Both the position numbers and the translations under genes were made by a program. From NCBI GenBank assembly GCA_045586685.1, contig JAZNAU010000031.1, forward strand, positions 1-44,950: DNA of 44,950 nt, read 5' to 3'. Below the pieces are notes generated by a model. It was not told the origin of the DNA and did no database searches. It saw nothing but the letters and a program-made list of their open reading frames with translations. Each line of letters opens with the position of its first letter. Position 1 is the first letter of the stretch. The DNA comes from Clostridia bacterium (GTDB lineage Bacteria > Bacillota > Clostridia > HGM11514). Of this stretch, positions 9,329 through 20,013 are shown piece after piece.

Positions 9329-10538
9329 TTTCTTTAAGAAAAATGGCCCCTTAAAGCTGTTTTCAGTTTTACTGGCTGTTTTGATGTGGATTTATGTGGT
9401 ACAGATTGAAAATCCCCTGTTTGAGATTTCCATTCAGGGAGTTCCAGTACATTTGGTGAATGAAGCTCAGCTGGAAGCAAAAGGACTTGTGATTGTTGAA
9501 CAGAACGAAAATATTATGAATCTTCGTGTGAAGGGAAAACGTCAGTCAGTGATCGGTCTAAAGGCAACGGATGTGACGGCATCAGTTGATGTTGGGAATA
9601 TTCAGCAGACAGGGAGTTTTTCTTTTTCTCCTCAATTAAGTTTTCCAGAGGACGGAATCAGTGTGCTGGAACGTAGCCCCCGTTCCATAACAATCACCGT
9701 AGATAAAATTGAAGATAGAGTGTTTGGAATAACACCTGAAATAACAGGAAGCCCCAAGGAAGGGTATTATGCAGAACGACCCACCTTGGGAACAAAGGAA
9801 ATTTTGGTCAAGGGACCTGTCAGTGTGTTGAATCAGATTGCGAAAATTTCTGCCGTAATTGATGTAGATGGTGCAAAAAAAGACATGAAAAAGCAAGTTA
9901 AATTAAAGATTATAAAAGATGATGGAACAGAATTGACTTCAGATAAAGTAGAACTTTCTACCTCGGTGATTACATTGGAAAGCAAAGTGTATCCGACTAA
10001 AAAGGTAAAGCTGAAATATGATGTGACAGGTTCTTTGGAACTGGAAGATTATCAATTAGACGAAATCACTATTTCTAATTCCGCGATTGTAATAGCCGGA
10101 ACAGAAGAGAATTTAGAAAGGCTTGACAGTATTCATTTGGGAAGCTTTGACTTGTCAGAAGTAACTTTGCAGCATCATAAGAAGTTATTTTCCATTCCCT
10201 TGGGAGATGAGCTTATTTCTGTTGACGGAATCAAAAATGTAGCGGTGGAAGCGGTGTTGGTATCCGGCAAGAAAAAAACTGTGGAAATCAAAAGTTTTAC
10301 TTTGATCAATGAACCTGAGAATGTCAAAACGGTGATACAGACAGAGAAACTGGTATTGAAGCTGGAAGGGCATAAGGCTGCATTGGAAAAGGTGAATGCT
10401 GATTCCTTTACTGTTACTTTGGATTTGACGGGGGTTAAGAAAGGAACTCATCAGATTGAACCGAAAATTCAGTGTAATGTTGACGGGGTCACAGTGTCAG
10501 GTGAATATTTTGTGGATGTATTATTACAACAAAAGTAG
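9321..10538 (+). CDS. cdaR: CdaA regulator CdaR (YbbR-domain protein)
   Basis: N-terminal TM KLFSVLLAVLMWIYV, repeated YbbR-like beta domains (VKG...ASVD), overlaps cdaA stop. Confidence 0.88.
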   Translation: MINFFKKNGPLKLFSVLLAVLMWIYVVQIENPLFEISIQGVPVHLVNEAQLEAKGLVIVEQNENIMNLRVKGKRQSVIGLKATDVTASVDVGNIQQTGSFSFSPQLSFPEDGISVLERSPRSITITVDKIEDRVFGITPEITGSPKEGYYAERPTLGTKEILVKGPVSVLNQIAKISAVIDVDGAKKDMKKQVKLKIIKDDGTELTSDKVELSTSVITLESKVYPTKKVKLKYDVTGSLELEDYQLDEITISNSAIVIAGTEENLERLDSIHLGSFDLSEVTLQHHKKLFSIPLGDELISVDGIKNVAVEAVLVSGKKKTVEIKSFTLINEPENVKTVIQTEKLVLKLEGHKAALEKVNADSFTVTLDLTGVKKGTHQIEPKIQCNVDGVTVSGEYFVDVLLQQK

Positions 10539-10544
10539 GTTTTC

Positions 10545-11156
10545 TTGATGAATCGAAATTATCAAAAAGAAATGGAAATTATTTTGGAGGGGATGTTGGA
10601 GTCTCCTCCAACGCTTTTACTCCATAGCTGTTGTGCACCCTGTTCCTCTTATGTACTGGAGTATCTTAGCCGTTTTTTTGCAATCACTGTGTTTTTTTAT
10701 AATCCCAATATGGATTCGGAAGAAGAATTTCTTCGCCGTTCTCAGGAACAGTTGCGGTTAATAAAAGAAATGCCTGTAAAAAATCCTGTAAAGGGTGTCG
10801 TTATTCCCTTTGATGCTCAGGAGTTTTATAGGGTAGTAAAGGGTCTCGAGCATGAGCCTGAGGGTGGCAGACGATGTGAAAAATGCTTTTCTATACGTCT
10901 GAAAAAAACGGCAGAGTATGCGTCTAAACACAATTTTGATTGGTTTACTACTACTCTTACGATTAGTCCTTTAAAAAATGCTTCCCTATTGAATGAAATA
11001 GGGGAGAGAATGGGCGAGGAATACGGGATATCCTTTTTGCCTTCTGATTTCAAGAAAAAAGGCGGATTTTTACGGTCCACCCAACTGTCGCAGGAATATG
11101 GACTGTACCGCCAGAATTATTGCGGATGTATCTTTTCAAAAAACAAAACCAACTGA
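10545..11156 (+). CDS. queH: Epoxyqueuosine reductase QueH (DUF208)
   Basis: LLLHSCCAPCS, FYNPN, EPEGGRRCEKCF, TTTLTISPLK, YRQNYCGC. Confidence 0.92.
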   Translation: MMNRNYQKEMEIILEGMLESPPTLLLHSCCAPCSSYVLEYLSRFFAITVFFYNPNMDSEEEFLRRSQEQLRLIKEMPVKNPVKGVVIPFDAQEFYRVVKGLEHEPEGGRRCEKCFSIRLKKTAEYASKHNFDWFTTTLTISPLKNASLLNEIGERMGEEYGISFLPSDFKKKGGFLRSTQLSQEYGLYRQNYCGCIFSKNKTN

Positions 11157-11178
11157 AAATCTCAGTTGGTTTTGTTTT

Positions 11179-11179
<1 letters not shown>
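11138..11179. terminator. Bidirectional intrinsic terminator (queH/obgE)
   Basis: AAACAAAACCAACTGA-AAATC-TCAGTTGGTTTTGTTT. Confidence 0.9.
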
Positions 11180-12521
<1,342 letters not shown>

Positions 12522-12533
12522 AGCTTCCTGTAA

Positions 12534-12815
12534 TTATTGAGCGATTTCGTAAACGCTGACCTGTTTCTTGTCTTTGCCCTTACGCTCAAATTTTACCTTA
12601 CCGTCAATCAGAGCAAACAAAGTGTCATCACTGCCGATGCCAACATTGTTTCCGGGATGGATTTTGGTTCCTCTTTGTCTAACAAGAATATTACCTGCCA
12701 AAACAAACTGACCGTCCGCCCGTTTTGCACCCAGACGTTTGGATTCGGAATCTCTTCCGTTCTTGGTGCTACCTACACCTTTTTTATGAGCCAATAATTG
12801 AATGTTCATCATCAT
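12534..12815 (-). CDS. rpmA: 50S ribosomal protein L27 with cleavable N-terminal extension
   Basis: [35 protein letters not shown]. Confidence 0.98.
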   Translation of the reverse strand: MMMNIQLLAHKKGVGSTKNGRDSESKRLGAKRADGQFVLAGNILVRQRGTKIHPGNNVGIGSDDTLFALIDGKVKFERKGKDKKQVSVYEIAQ

Positions 12816-12819
12816 GGTT

Positions 12820-13146
12820 TTAAACCTCCAAACTACTAATTTTTAAATACTCTCCGTAAGTTTCGCATAACTCCCTTAGTGCTGTCTCAAAAGGGATTAA
12901 AAAATCCTGCATTCTCTGTTTCTGAGAATCCGATGTATTCTCCGTAAAGGAAAAGGTAATCAGACCGTCTTTCAATTCATATCGGCAAGGAAGATTCATA
13001 TGCTCTGCCGCACCGATCATGTATTGTGCAATAGCAGATACGGCGGCACATACAATATCACTGCCTTCCTCTGCATAGCCTGAATGACCCTCTAAGCTAA
13101 ATGCACAAATTCCTTGTTTACTGTGAAACACCGTTGCGGTAATCAT
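12820..13146 (-). CDS. prp: Ribosomal-processing cysteine protease Prp (YsxB)
   Basis: [18 protein letters not shown] His/Cys motif; located between rplU and rpmA. Confidence 0.93.
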   Translation of the reverse strand: MITATVFHSKQGICAFSLEGHSGYAEEGSDIVCAAVSAIAQYMIGAAEHMNLPCRYELKDGLITFSFTENTSDSQKQRMQDFLIPFETALRELCETYGEYLKISSLEV

Positions 13147-13457
13147 TATGCGTTGATAGTGTCAATTTTCACTTTGGTGAAATACTGACGGTGTCCCTGT
13201 TTTTTACGGTAACCTTTTTTAGACTTGTACTTAAATACGATAACCTTCTTGGCACGACCGTTTTTCAAAACGCTTGCACTGACCTTAGCACCTTCCACAT
13301 AGGGAGCACCACAGGTAAGTCCGTCGTCCTTGCCGACTGCGATAACCTGATCAAAGGTTACAGTCTCTCCTTCGTTTGCGCTCAGCTTTTCGATATTGAT
13401 GATATCGCCTTCTGAAACGCGGTATTGCTTTCCGCCTGTTTCGATTACAGCATACAT
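13146..13457 (-). CDS. rplU: 50S ribosomal protein L21
   Basis: [14 protein letters not shown]...[14 protein letters not shown]. Confidence 0.98.
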   Translation of the reverse strand: MYAVIETGGKQYRVSEGDIINIEKLSANEGETVTFDQVIAVGKDDGLTCGAPYVEGAKVSASVLKNGRAKKVIVFKYKSKKGYRKKQGHRQYFTKVKIDTINA

Positions 13458-13480
13458 TTTGCTGCACCTCCTGTTTTATT

Positions 13481-13539
13481 CAAACTCGCTGAGTCAGGTA
13501 ATTTCCTAAGAAATATTTACAACCTCTATCATGCGGCAA
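13481..13539 (-). ncRNA. L21 leader (ribosomal protein leader RNA)
   Basis: Minus strand GCCGCATGATAGAGGT...TACCTGACTCAGCGAGTTTG between promoter and rplU, resembling the Firmicute L21 leader pattern. Confidence 0.75.
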
Positions 13540-13544
13540 CGAAT

Positions 13545-13573
13545 ATTATAGCATAAAAAAAAGGGCTTGTCAA
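13545..13573 (-). promoter_or_regulatory. sigma-A promoter of rplU-prp-rpmA
   Basis: TTGACA-N17-TATAAT with extended TG. Confidence 0.88.
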
Positions 13574-13613
13574 TGGTTTTTTGAAATTATTTTGGTTTTT
13601 AGGATAAATTTGC

Positions 13614-14258
13614 TTAATATCCCAATTCTTCACCTACTAAAATAACCTTAATTCTGCCTTTTACCCGTTGTCTTGCACAAATGCTGTACTGACAGCAAAT
13701 CCGAGAATCGGAAGAACAACCCTCTGTCATTTTGGGATTTTTTTTGTTTAAAGAAACGCAATGTCCCGCTTTACTGCAATAAGTATCACAATTCAAACGA
13801 ACACAGTTTTTGGGTGCTGCTATTGTCTTAACACGATGAATGGCGGCCTCTAAGTCTGGGACAATTTTATTTACGCCTGCTACAATGATAACAGAGTCGG
13901 GACCATGCTCCAGAGCAGAGATTCGATTGCCGGTTCCGTCTACATTATAAAGCTCCCCTTCCTCGGTTATCGCATTGGTGCTTGTAAAATAAGTATCAAC
14001 AGAAAAACTTTCCCGATAAATTGAAAAGACTTGTTCGTGGGTCAGATTGTCTGCATATCGGTCTAGAAATTTATATCGACCGCTTTTTAAATGGTCAATG
14101 ACTCCCGTTTCAAAAAGGGTCATGGAACCGCCCACTGCCACCTTGCTTCCTTCTGAAACCAAAGTGGTAATCAGGGGAACGACCTCCTCTTTTTTATCAA
14201 CATACAAAACGGTCATATTGTTTGCTTCTAAATTTTTGATTGTCTTTTGTAAATTCAT
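13614..14258 (-). CDS. LUD-domain (lactate utilization LutC/YkgG-like) protein with Cys-rich C-terminus
   Basis: GGSMTL, STNAITEEGELYNVDGTGNR, AGVNKIVP, APKNC..C..C..GHC...C....RIC; ATG overlaps vanZ stop (ATGA). Confidence 0.8.
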   Translation of the reverse strand: MNLQKTIKNLEANNMTVLYVDKKEEVVPLITTLVSEGSKVAVGGSMTLFETGVIDHLKSGRYKFLDRYADNLTHEQVFSIYRESFSVDTYFTSTNAITEEGELYNVDGTGNRISALEHGPDSVIIVAGVNKIVPDLEAAIHRVKTIAAPKNCVRLNCDTYCSKAGHCVSLNKKNPKMTEGCSSDSRICCQYSICARQRVKGRIKVILVGEELGY

Positions 14259-14758
14259 AGGGAAACACTCCTTCTTTTGGTTACTATGGCAAACAAGGTG
14301 CAAAACAGCAAAATTCCGAACATAACACCGCAACTGTCTAACACCATATCTGAAAGCTGACAGCTTCTTCCCGGAACAAAGAATTGATGAATCTCGTCAC
14401 TGACTGCATATAAAGAACCTGCAAGTAGAGAAAACCCAAAGGATTTCTTTAATTGAAAAAAGGTACTATAGCAGGCATTGCAACAACAGAAACCCAACAA
14501 AGAGTAAATAGAAAAGTGAGCCAGTTTTCGGACTAAATGATCCCAAAAGCCTGTAATTTGAATCAACTGCCCTGTACTGCAAGGAATACCGAAGTATTTG
14601 GTGTACCAAAGGACAATTTGTTCTATCAGTCCGTGGCTTACCTGGGTGGATTGGCGTGCATCCTGTGCAGAAAATAGAAAAATAGCGACCGCCACTGCAA
14701 GGACAGCCGCCCAAGAAACAAAAAAATAAAGTTTATTTTTTTTCATAGTTTCCCTCAT
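14255..14758 (-). CDS. VanZ-family membrane protein
   Basis: IFLFSAQ...S, VRKLAHFSIY, YAVSDEIHQFFVPGRSCQLSDMVLD. Confidence 0.88.
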   Translation of the reverse strand: MRETMKKNKLYFFVSWAAVLAVAVAIFLFSAQDARQSTQVSHGLIEQIVLWYTKYFGIPCSTGQLIQITGFWDHLVRKLAHFSIYSLLGFCCCNACYSTFFQLKKSFGFSLLAGSLYAVSDEIHQFFVPGRSCQLSDMVLDSCGVMFGILLFCTLFAIVTKRRSVSL

Positions 14759-15429
14759 GATTGGTTATGTGTTATTGTTCCATCAGAAAAAATAGAGATC
14801 GGTTCTTCTGTAATTTCCGGTTGTGGCTTTATGATACCTGCCTGAATAAATGCTTTGAACCGTGCACCATATTCTCGTATATCCATTTTTTTGGTGGTAG
14901 CAACATTATCGGTATCCGCTGCATTTACTGCCAAGACGGTGATGCCAAGCTGTCTGCCAATATAAATCGCACGGACATTGTGATAGTGCTGGCTGACAAC
15001 GATTGCATTGGAGATTTCAAATAATTTATTGGCACGATACATGGTATGATAGGTATCGATTCCCGCGTGATCCAAAAAAATATCTTGGGGAGCAACGCCC
15101 TTCATTTCCAGATATTCTCTCATTACGTTGACTTCATCGTAATAGTCTGAAGTATGATCACCCGAAAGTAAAATCTTTTTTGCACAGCCTTGTTTATATA
15201 AATCAAAACCTTTGTCCAAACGGTTTTTTAAACTGCTGGAGGGAGTACCGTCGATATTCACCTTTGCACCGGGAATAATAATCGCATCTACATGGGGAGC
15301 ATTTTTTTCTGAAACAATATAGTTGTTTCCGTACTGCTCTATCAATGAATTGACAGAAATGCAAAGAGCGATGGCGATGACTAAAATTGCGGTAATAAAA
15401 CCGCCTAATATAGAAAACATGGTCTTCAA
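14755..15429 (-). CDS. SanA/YdcF/ElyC (DUF218) family envelope protein
   Basis: N-terminal TM, IIPGA, LKNRL, ILLSGD, YDEVNVM, DIFLDHAGIDTY, VSQHYH..RA. Confidence 0.87.
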   Translation of the reverse strand: MKTMFSILGGFITAILVIAIALCISVNSLIEQYGNNYIVSEKNAPHVDAIIIPGAKVNIDGTPSSSLKNRLDKGFDLYKQGCAKKILLSGDHTSDYYDEVNVMREYLEMKGVAPQDIFLDHAGIDTYHTMYRANKLFEISNAIVVSQHYHNVRAIYIGRQLGITVLAVNAADTDNVATTKKMDIREYGARFKAFIQAGIIKPQPEITEEPISIFSDGTITHNQS

Positions 15430-15470
15430 TTCAACACCTCATTTTATCCTTAAGTTTAAATCTATACTAT

Positions 15471-15499
15471 ATTATACCGCACTTTCAAGAAAAATTCAA
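15471..15499 (-). promoter_or_regulatory. Putative sigma-A promoter of sanA-vanZ-LUD
   Basis: TTGAAT-N17-TATAAT on minus strand. Confidence 0.6.
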
Positions 15500-15517
15500 T
15501 CATTTTTTCTCAGAAAG

Positions 15518-17119
15518 TTATTTGTTTCCTATTTGCTGTATTATTCTTTTGAAAATTTCAGAGGCGGAAGCTTTCTCGTTTTCCCCATTTTCCACAAAGA
15601 TACAAAGTGCATATTCAGGGTGCTCTGCAGGGAAAAATCCCGTAATCCAAGAGTGGACCTTTGTGTTTTCTCCGTCACCCCAGCCTGTTTGTGCCGTTCC
15701 GGTTTTACAACCTGCACCTCCTAAATCATCCAATGCAAGGGATTGTGCAGTTCCAGACAGGGTGGTCATTACCATCATGGATTGCAAAAATTCTGCTGTT
15801 TCTTTGGATAAAATTCGTTCTTGTTTAAAGGAACTTATTTTTTGTATGGTTTTTTGATTTCCGTCGCTAACAGAGTGAACCAGATTCACCTTATGACGAA
15901 GACCTCCCGAGGCAACGATGGCGGAAAACTCTGCTACCCGAAGAGGGGTCAGCATAACCTTTCCCTGACCGATAGACAAATTGGCAATTTCTCCTTCAAA
16001 ATAATTTCCTCTTTCACCGGCAGAGTCCGTTTGTTCACCGCTGTTTTCAAACAACTGATAGGGAGAACCAATGCCAAATTTTTCAGCCATATCTAAAATA
16101 GTATCTGCGCCCAGTTTACGTCCCAATTCGATAAAATAACAGTTACAGGATTTTGCAAAGGCTTCCGGCAAGGTTAACTCACCATGTGCAATTCCATTAT
16201 AACAACTGACGGACTTTTCTCCCATTGTCACAGAACCATTGCAGGTGTACCACCCCAGATCCGTTTTGTGTTCAAGAGCCGCTGCTGCTACCACAATCTT
16301 AAAAACAGAGCCTGCATCGTAAGCGCAAAGGGCACGGTTTAAAAGATTGCCGTCAGAGGAGGTGAAGGACGGTGTGATGTCCGATTGGTCAAAATCGGGA
16401 AAGCTTGCCATTGCTAAAATATCGGAGGTGTGTACGTCTAACAGTACTGCTGCTCCATGCTGAATTTTCTTTTTTCCTGTTTCTTCGAGAATGTTTTGAA
16501 AAGTGGTATCTATGGTAAGACGGAGGTTTCGTTTCTGTTCGGGGCTTTCGTAAGAGGAAAAATCGGTAATTGTTTGTCCTGATGCGTCGGTGACTGCACC
16601 GATTGAAATACCGCTTCCCTTTGCTAATACGTCATCGTAAGCTGCTTCCAATCCGGAAATACCTTCTGTTCCGTTGCAGTATCCCAAAAGATGAGAAGCT
16701 ACACTTTCGGTGTTGTACCGCTTATTTGATTCCACAATTTCCAGTCCGGGAGTTTGGGAAAAGTCCGGTTCCTCAGTTAACGGCACTGTGAAGATTTGCT
16801 TTCCTGCTAATTTTTGTTGAAATTCTGATGCAGTCCAGCTGCAAAAGGGGTGTAATTGACGGTACAGTGCGTTTCCGTCTTCTACCTGTTCAGGTGTAAT
16901 GACCGCAAGCCATTGTTCGCCGGCACTTGTCATGGAACAGAAGTGACGGTCGGTAATATTTCCTCGGTTTCCTTGTCCCAGTACGTCTATCCATCGTTGG
17001 TTTGCAGCTTCTTCTGACAGTTCATTTCCTTGAACGAGCTGTAAATACCCAATCCGCACAGCTAAAAGGAAAAATGCTCCCGTCAGAACAATACCCGCAA
17101 TTTTCACTTTTTTATTCAT
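15518..17119 (-). CDS. Class B penicillin-binding protein (SpoVD/PbpI-like transpeptidase)
   Basis: N-terminal TM, RGNITDR, GISGLE, SxxK (GSVFK), SxN (KSCN), KTG (CKTGTAQ); ATG 17119 after GGGAGGG. Confidence 0.88.
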   Translation of the reverse strand: MNKKVKIAGIVLTGAFFLLAVRIGYLQLVQGNELSEEAANQRWIDVLGQGNRGNITDRHFCSMTSAGEQWLAVITPEQVEDGNALYRQLHPFCSWTASEFQQKLAGKQIFTVPLTEEPDFSQTPGLEIVESNKRYNTESVASHLLGYCNGTEGISGLEAAYDDVLAKGSGISIGAVTDASGQTITDFSSYESPEQKRNLRLTIDTTFQNILEETGKKKIQHGAAVLLDVHTSDILAMASFPDFDQSDITPSFTSSDGNLLNRALCAYDAGSVFKIVVAAAALEHKTDLGWYTCNGSVTMGEKSVSCYNGIAHGELTLPEAFAKSCNCYFIELGRKLGADTILDMAEKFGIGSPYQLFENSGEQTDSAGERGNYFEGEIANLSIGQGKVMLTPLRVAEFSAIVASGGLRHKVNLVHSVSDGNQKTIQKISSFKQERILSKETAEFLQSMMVMTTLSGTAQSLALDDLGGAGCKTGTAQTGWGDGENTKVHSWITGFFPAEHPEYALCIFVENGENEKASASEIFKRIIQQIGNK

Positions 17120-17123
17120 AGAC

Positions 17124-17189
17124 AACCCTCCCAAAATAAAAAACACAAAACTATTATTTTCAGTTCTGTGTTTTTTATCCATAAGGGTT
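17124..17189 (-). promoter_or_regulatory. Hairpin (uvrA terminator-like) containing a putative sporulation-sigma (sigG-like) promoter and pairing with the PBP SD
   Basis: 17-bp stem 17136-17152/17162-17178, outer AACCCTT/GAGGGTT; GGATA-N17-AATAATA on minus strand. Confidence 0.6.
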
Positions 17190-20013
17190 ATCGTTCCAGC
17201 ATTCTTTTTAAATATTGTCCTGTGTAGGATTGTTTTACCTTTGCCACTTCTTCCGGGGTGCCTGCAGTAACGATCGTTCCGCCGTTGTCGCCCCCTTCAG
17301 GACCCAAATCGATGATATAATCCGCAGTTTTTATCATATCAAGATTATGCTCAATGACCACAACCGTGTTTCCTAAATCAACCAAGGTTTGCAATACACC
17401 AATCAAGCGGTGAACATCAGCAAAGTGAAGTCCTGTGGTAGGTTCGTCCAATACATAAATGGTTTTTCCCGTGCTTTTTCTGCTCAATTCTGTTGCTAGT
17501 TTGACACGCTGTGCCTCGCCTCCTGACAGGGTAGTGGAAGGCTGTCCGATTTTGACGTATCCCAAGCCTACATCATAAAGGGTTTGCAATTTATGCTCAA
17601 TTTTAGGAATGTTTTCAAAAAATTCCAAGCCTTCTTCTACCGTCATGTTCAACACATCATCAATGTTCTTATCCTTGTATTTTACATCCAGAGTTTCCCG
17701 ATTGTACCGTTTTCCGCCGCAAACCTCACAAGGAACGTAAACATCTGCTAAAAAGTGCATTTCAATTTTAATAATTCCATCTCCCGAGCAAGCCTCGCAT
17801 CGACCGCCCTTTACATTAAAACTGAACCGACCTGCATTATATCCGCGGATTTTGGATTCATTTAAGGATGCAAACAAATTTCTGATATCTCCAAATACCC
17901 CTGTATAGGTGGCAGGGTTGGAACGGGGCGTTCTGCCAATGGGGGATTGGTCAATATTGATGATTTTATCTAAATGTTCTACCCCTTCAATGGAGTCATG
18001 AGCACCTGCCTTTAAACGGGAGCCATTCAGCTTGGAGGAAAGGCTTTTGTATAAAATTTCGTTAATCAAAGAGGATTTTCCGGAACCCGACACACCCGTT
18101 ACGCAAGTCATAGTGCCCAGCGGAATGGAAACAGTTATGTTTTTTAAATTGTTTTGTCTTGCACCGCAGATTGTAATGATGTTTCCGTTTCCTTTTCTCC
18201 GCTCTTTCGGGATGGAAATCTTCTTTTTCCCGCTTAGGTATTGTCCTGTGACGGAATCCTCTACTTCCATCAGTTCTTGTGCTGTTCCTTGTGCTACCAA
18301 GTGACCGCCGTGAATCCCCGCACCGGGGCCGATGTCAATAATATGGTCTGCTGCAAGCATGGTATCCTCGTCGTGTTCCACCACAAGAAGGGTGTTTCCC
18401 ATATCACGAAGATTTTTTAAGGTAGCAAGCAGCTTGTCGTTATCCCGCTGGTGAAGGCCGATGCTGGGCTCGTCTAAGATATAAACCACGCCCATTAAAG
18501 AAGAACCAATCTGGGTTGCCAGTCGAATTCTCTGTGCTTCACCTCCTGAAAGGGTTGCCGCCCCACGCCACAGGGTCAGGTAATCAAGACCGACATTGGT
18601 GAGAAAACCAAGTCTGCTGTCAATTTCTTTCAGCACTTGTTTTGCTACAGCTGTATCTTTGGCAGATAATTCTAAATTACGGAAAAATTTCAATGCTTTT
18701 CCAATAGAAAGGTTACATATGTCATAAATGCTTTTCTCTCCTACTGTTACCGCCAGCGTTTCCTGCTTTAATCTGGCGCCCTTGCAGTCAGGACATTCAA
18801 AGTTTCCCATATAGCTTTCCAACTCAAGACGGGTCCATAGAGAATTGGTTTCCTTGTACCGCCGTTCAATATTGGTTGCCACCCCTTCAAAGGGAGCGGA
18901 ATATTGAGTGGTTCGTTTCCCGGGACGGTGTTGGATTATATCAATTTTTTCGTCTCCCGTACCGTACAGAATAATATCAACGATTTTTTGGGGCAAACGG
19001 CTGATGGGAGTATCCATACTGAATTCATAATGCCGTGCCAAAGCCTCGAAAATAGAACCTGCAACCGTGTCTTCAGCAGCGCTGTTCCAGCCTGATATTT
19101 GAATAGCACCTTTTGCAAGGCTCTTGGATTTGTCTTTCAAAATACGGTCAGGGTCTACCCGAAGAAGATATCCAAGACCGGAACAGGTGGGGCAGGCACC
19201 AAAGGGACTGTTAAAGGAAAACATTCTGGGCACTAATTCTTCCATACTGATTCCACATTCAGGACAGGCGTAATTTTGACTGAATAAGTATTCTTCCCCG
19301 TCAATCACGCTGATGCCCGCTAAACCCTCAGAAAGACTCAGTGCGGTTTCTAAAGAGTCTGCCAATCGTTTTCTGATATCTGTCTTTACGCTCAATCGAT
19401 CAATCACATATTCAATGGTGTGTTTTTTGTTTTTTTCAAGTGTAATTTCTTCGGACAGTTCGTATAAATTTCCGTCCACCCGCACACGGACATAGCCACT
19501 TCTTCGTGCGTCGTCTAAAATTTTATGATGCTCTCCCTTTTTGCCACGAATTACGGGTGCCAACACCATAAATTTTGTCCTTTCAGGCATTGCCATAATG
19601 GTATCGGCAATCTGGTCAACGGTTTGTTTAGCAATTTCTCTGCCACACTTGGGGCAGTGAGGAACTCCGATTCTGGCATACAGCAAACGGAGATAGTCAT
19701 AAATTTCTGTTACTGTACCCACAGTGGAACGAGGGTTTCTGCCTGTGGTTTTCTGGTCGATGGAGATGGCGGGGGAAAGACCTTCGATGTAGTCTACATC
19801 GGGTTTGTCCATTTGACCTAAAAACTGGCGGACATAGGAGTTTAAGGATTCCACATATCGCCGCTGTCCTTCTGCAAATACAGTGTCAAACGCCAGGGAG
19901 GATTTTCCCGAGCCTGACAACCCCGTAACAACAACCAGCTTATCGCGGGGGATTTTTACATCTATATTTTTCAAATTGTGCTCTCTTGCACCTTTGATGA
20001 CTATTTCGTTCAT
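17188..20013 (-). CDS. uvrA: Excinuclease ABC subunit A
   Basis: [22 protein letters not shown], zinc fingers, two LSGGEAQR signatures, GVSGSGKS. Confidence 0.99.
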   Translation of the reverse strand: MNEIVIKGAREHNLKNIDVKIPRDKLVVVTGLSGSGKSSLAFDTVFAEGQRRYVESLNSYVRQFLGQMDKPDVDYIEGLSPAISIDQKTTGRNPRSTVGTVTEIYDYLRLLYARIGVPHCPKCGREIAKQTVDQIADTIMAMPERTKFMVLAPVIRGKKGEHHKILDDARRSGYVRVRVDGNLYELSEEITLEKNKKHTIEYVIDRLSVKTDIRKRLADSLETALSLSEGLAGISVIDGEEYLFSQNYACPECGISMEELVPRMFSFNSPFGACPTCSGLGYLLRVDPDRILKDKSKSLAKGAIQISGWNSAAEDTVAGSIFEALARHYEFSMDTPISRLPQKIVDIILYGTGDEKIDIIQHRPGKRTTQYSAPFEGVATNIERRYKETNSLWTRLELESYMGNFECPDCKGARLKQETLAVTVGEKSIYDICNLSIGKALKFFRNLELSAKDTAVAKQVLKEIDSRLGFLTNVGLDYLTLWRGAATLSGGEAQRIRLATQIGSSLMGVVYILDEPSIGLHQRDNDKLLATLKNLRDMGNTLLVVEHDEDTMLAADHIIDIGPGAGIHGGHLVAQGTAQELMEVEDSVTGQYLSGKKKISIPKERRKGNGNIITICGARQNNLKNITVSIPLGTMTCVTGVSGSGKSSLINEILYKSLSSKLNGSRLKAGAHDSIEGVEHLDKIINIDQSPIGRTPRSNPATYTGVFGDIRNLFASLNESKIRGYNAGRFSFNVKGGRCEACSGDGIIKIEMHFLADVYVPCEVCGGKRYNRETLDVKYKDKNIDDVLNMTVEEGLEFFENIPKIEHKLQTLYDVGLGYVKIGQPSTTLSGGEAQRVKLATELSRKSTGKTIYVLDEPTTGLHFADVHRLIGVLQTLVDLGNTVVVIEHNLDMIKTADYIIDLGPEGGDNGGTIVTAGTPEEVAKVKQSYTGQYLKRMLER

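Noticed and set aside
12780-12815. L27 N-terminal extension with QLL/A rather than QFF/A cleavage site
   Set aside because: The L27 extension/Prp system is well described, and Leu variants occur in Clostridia
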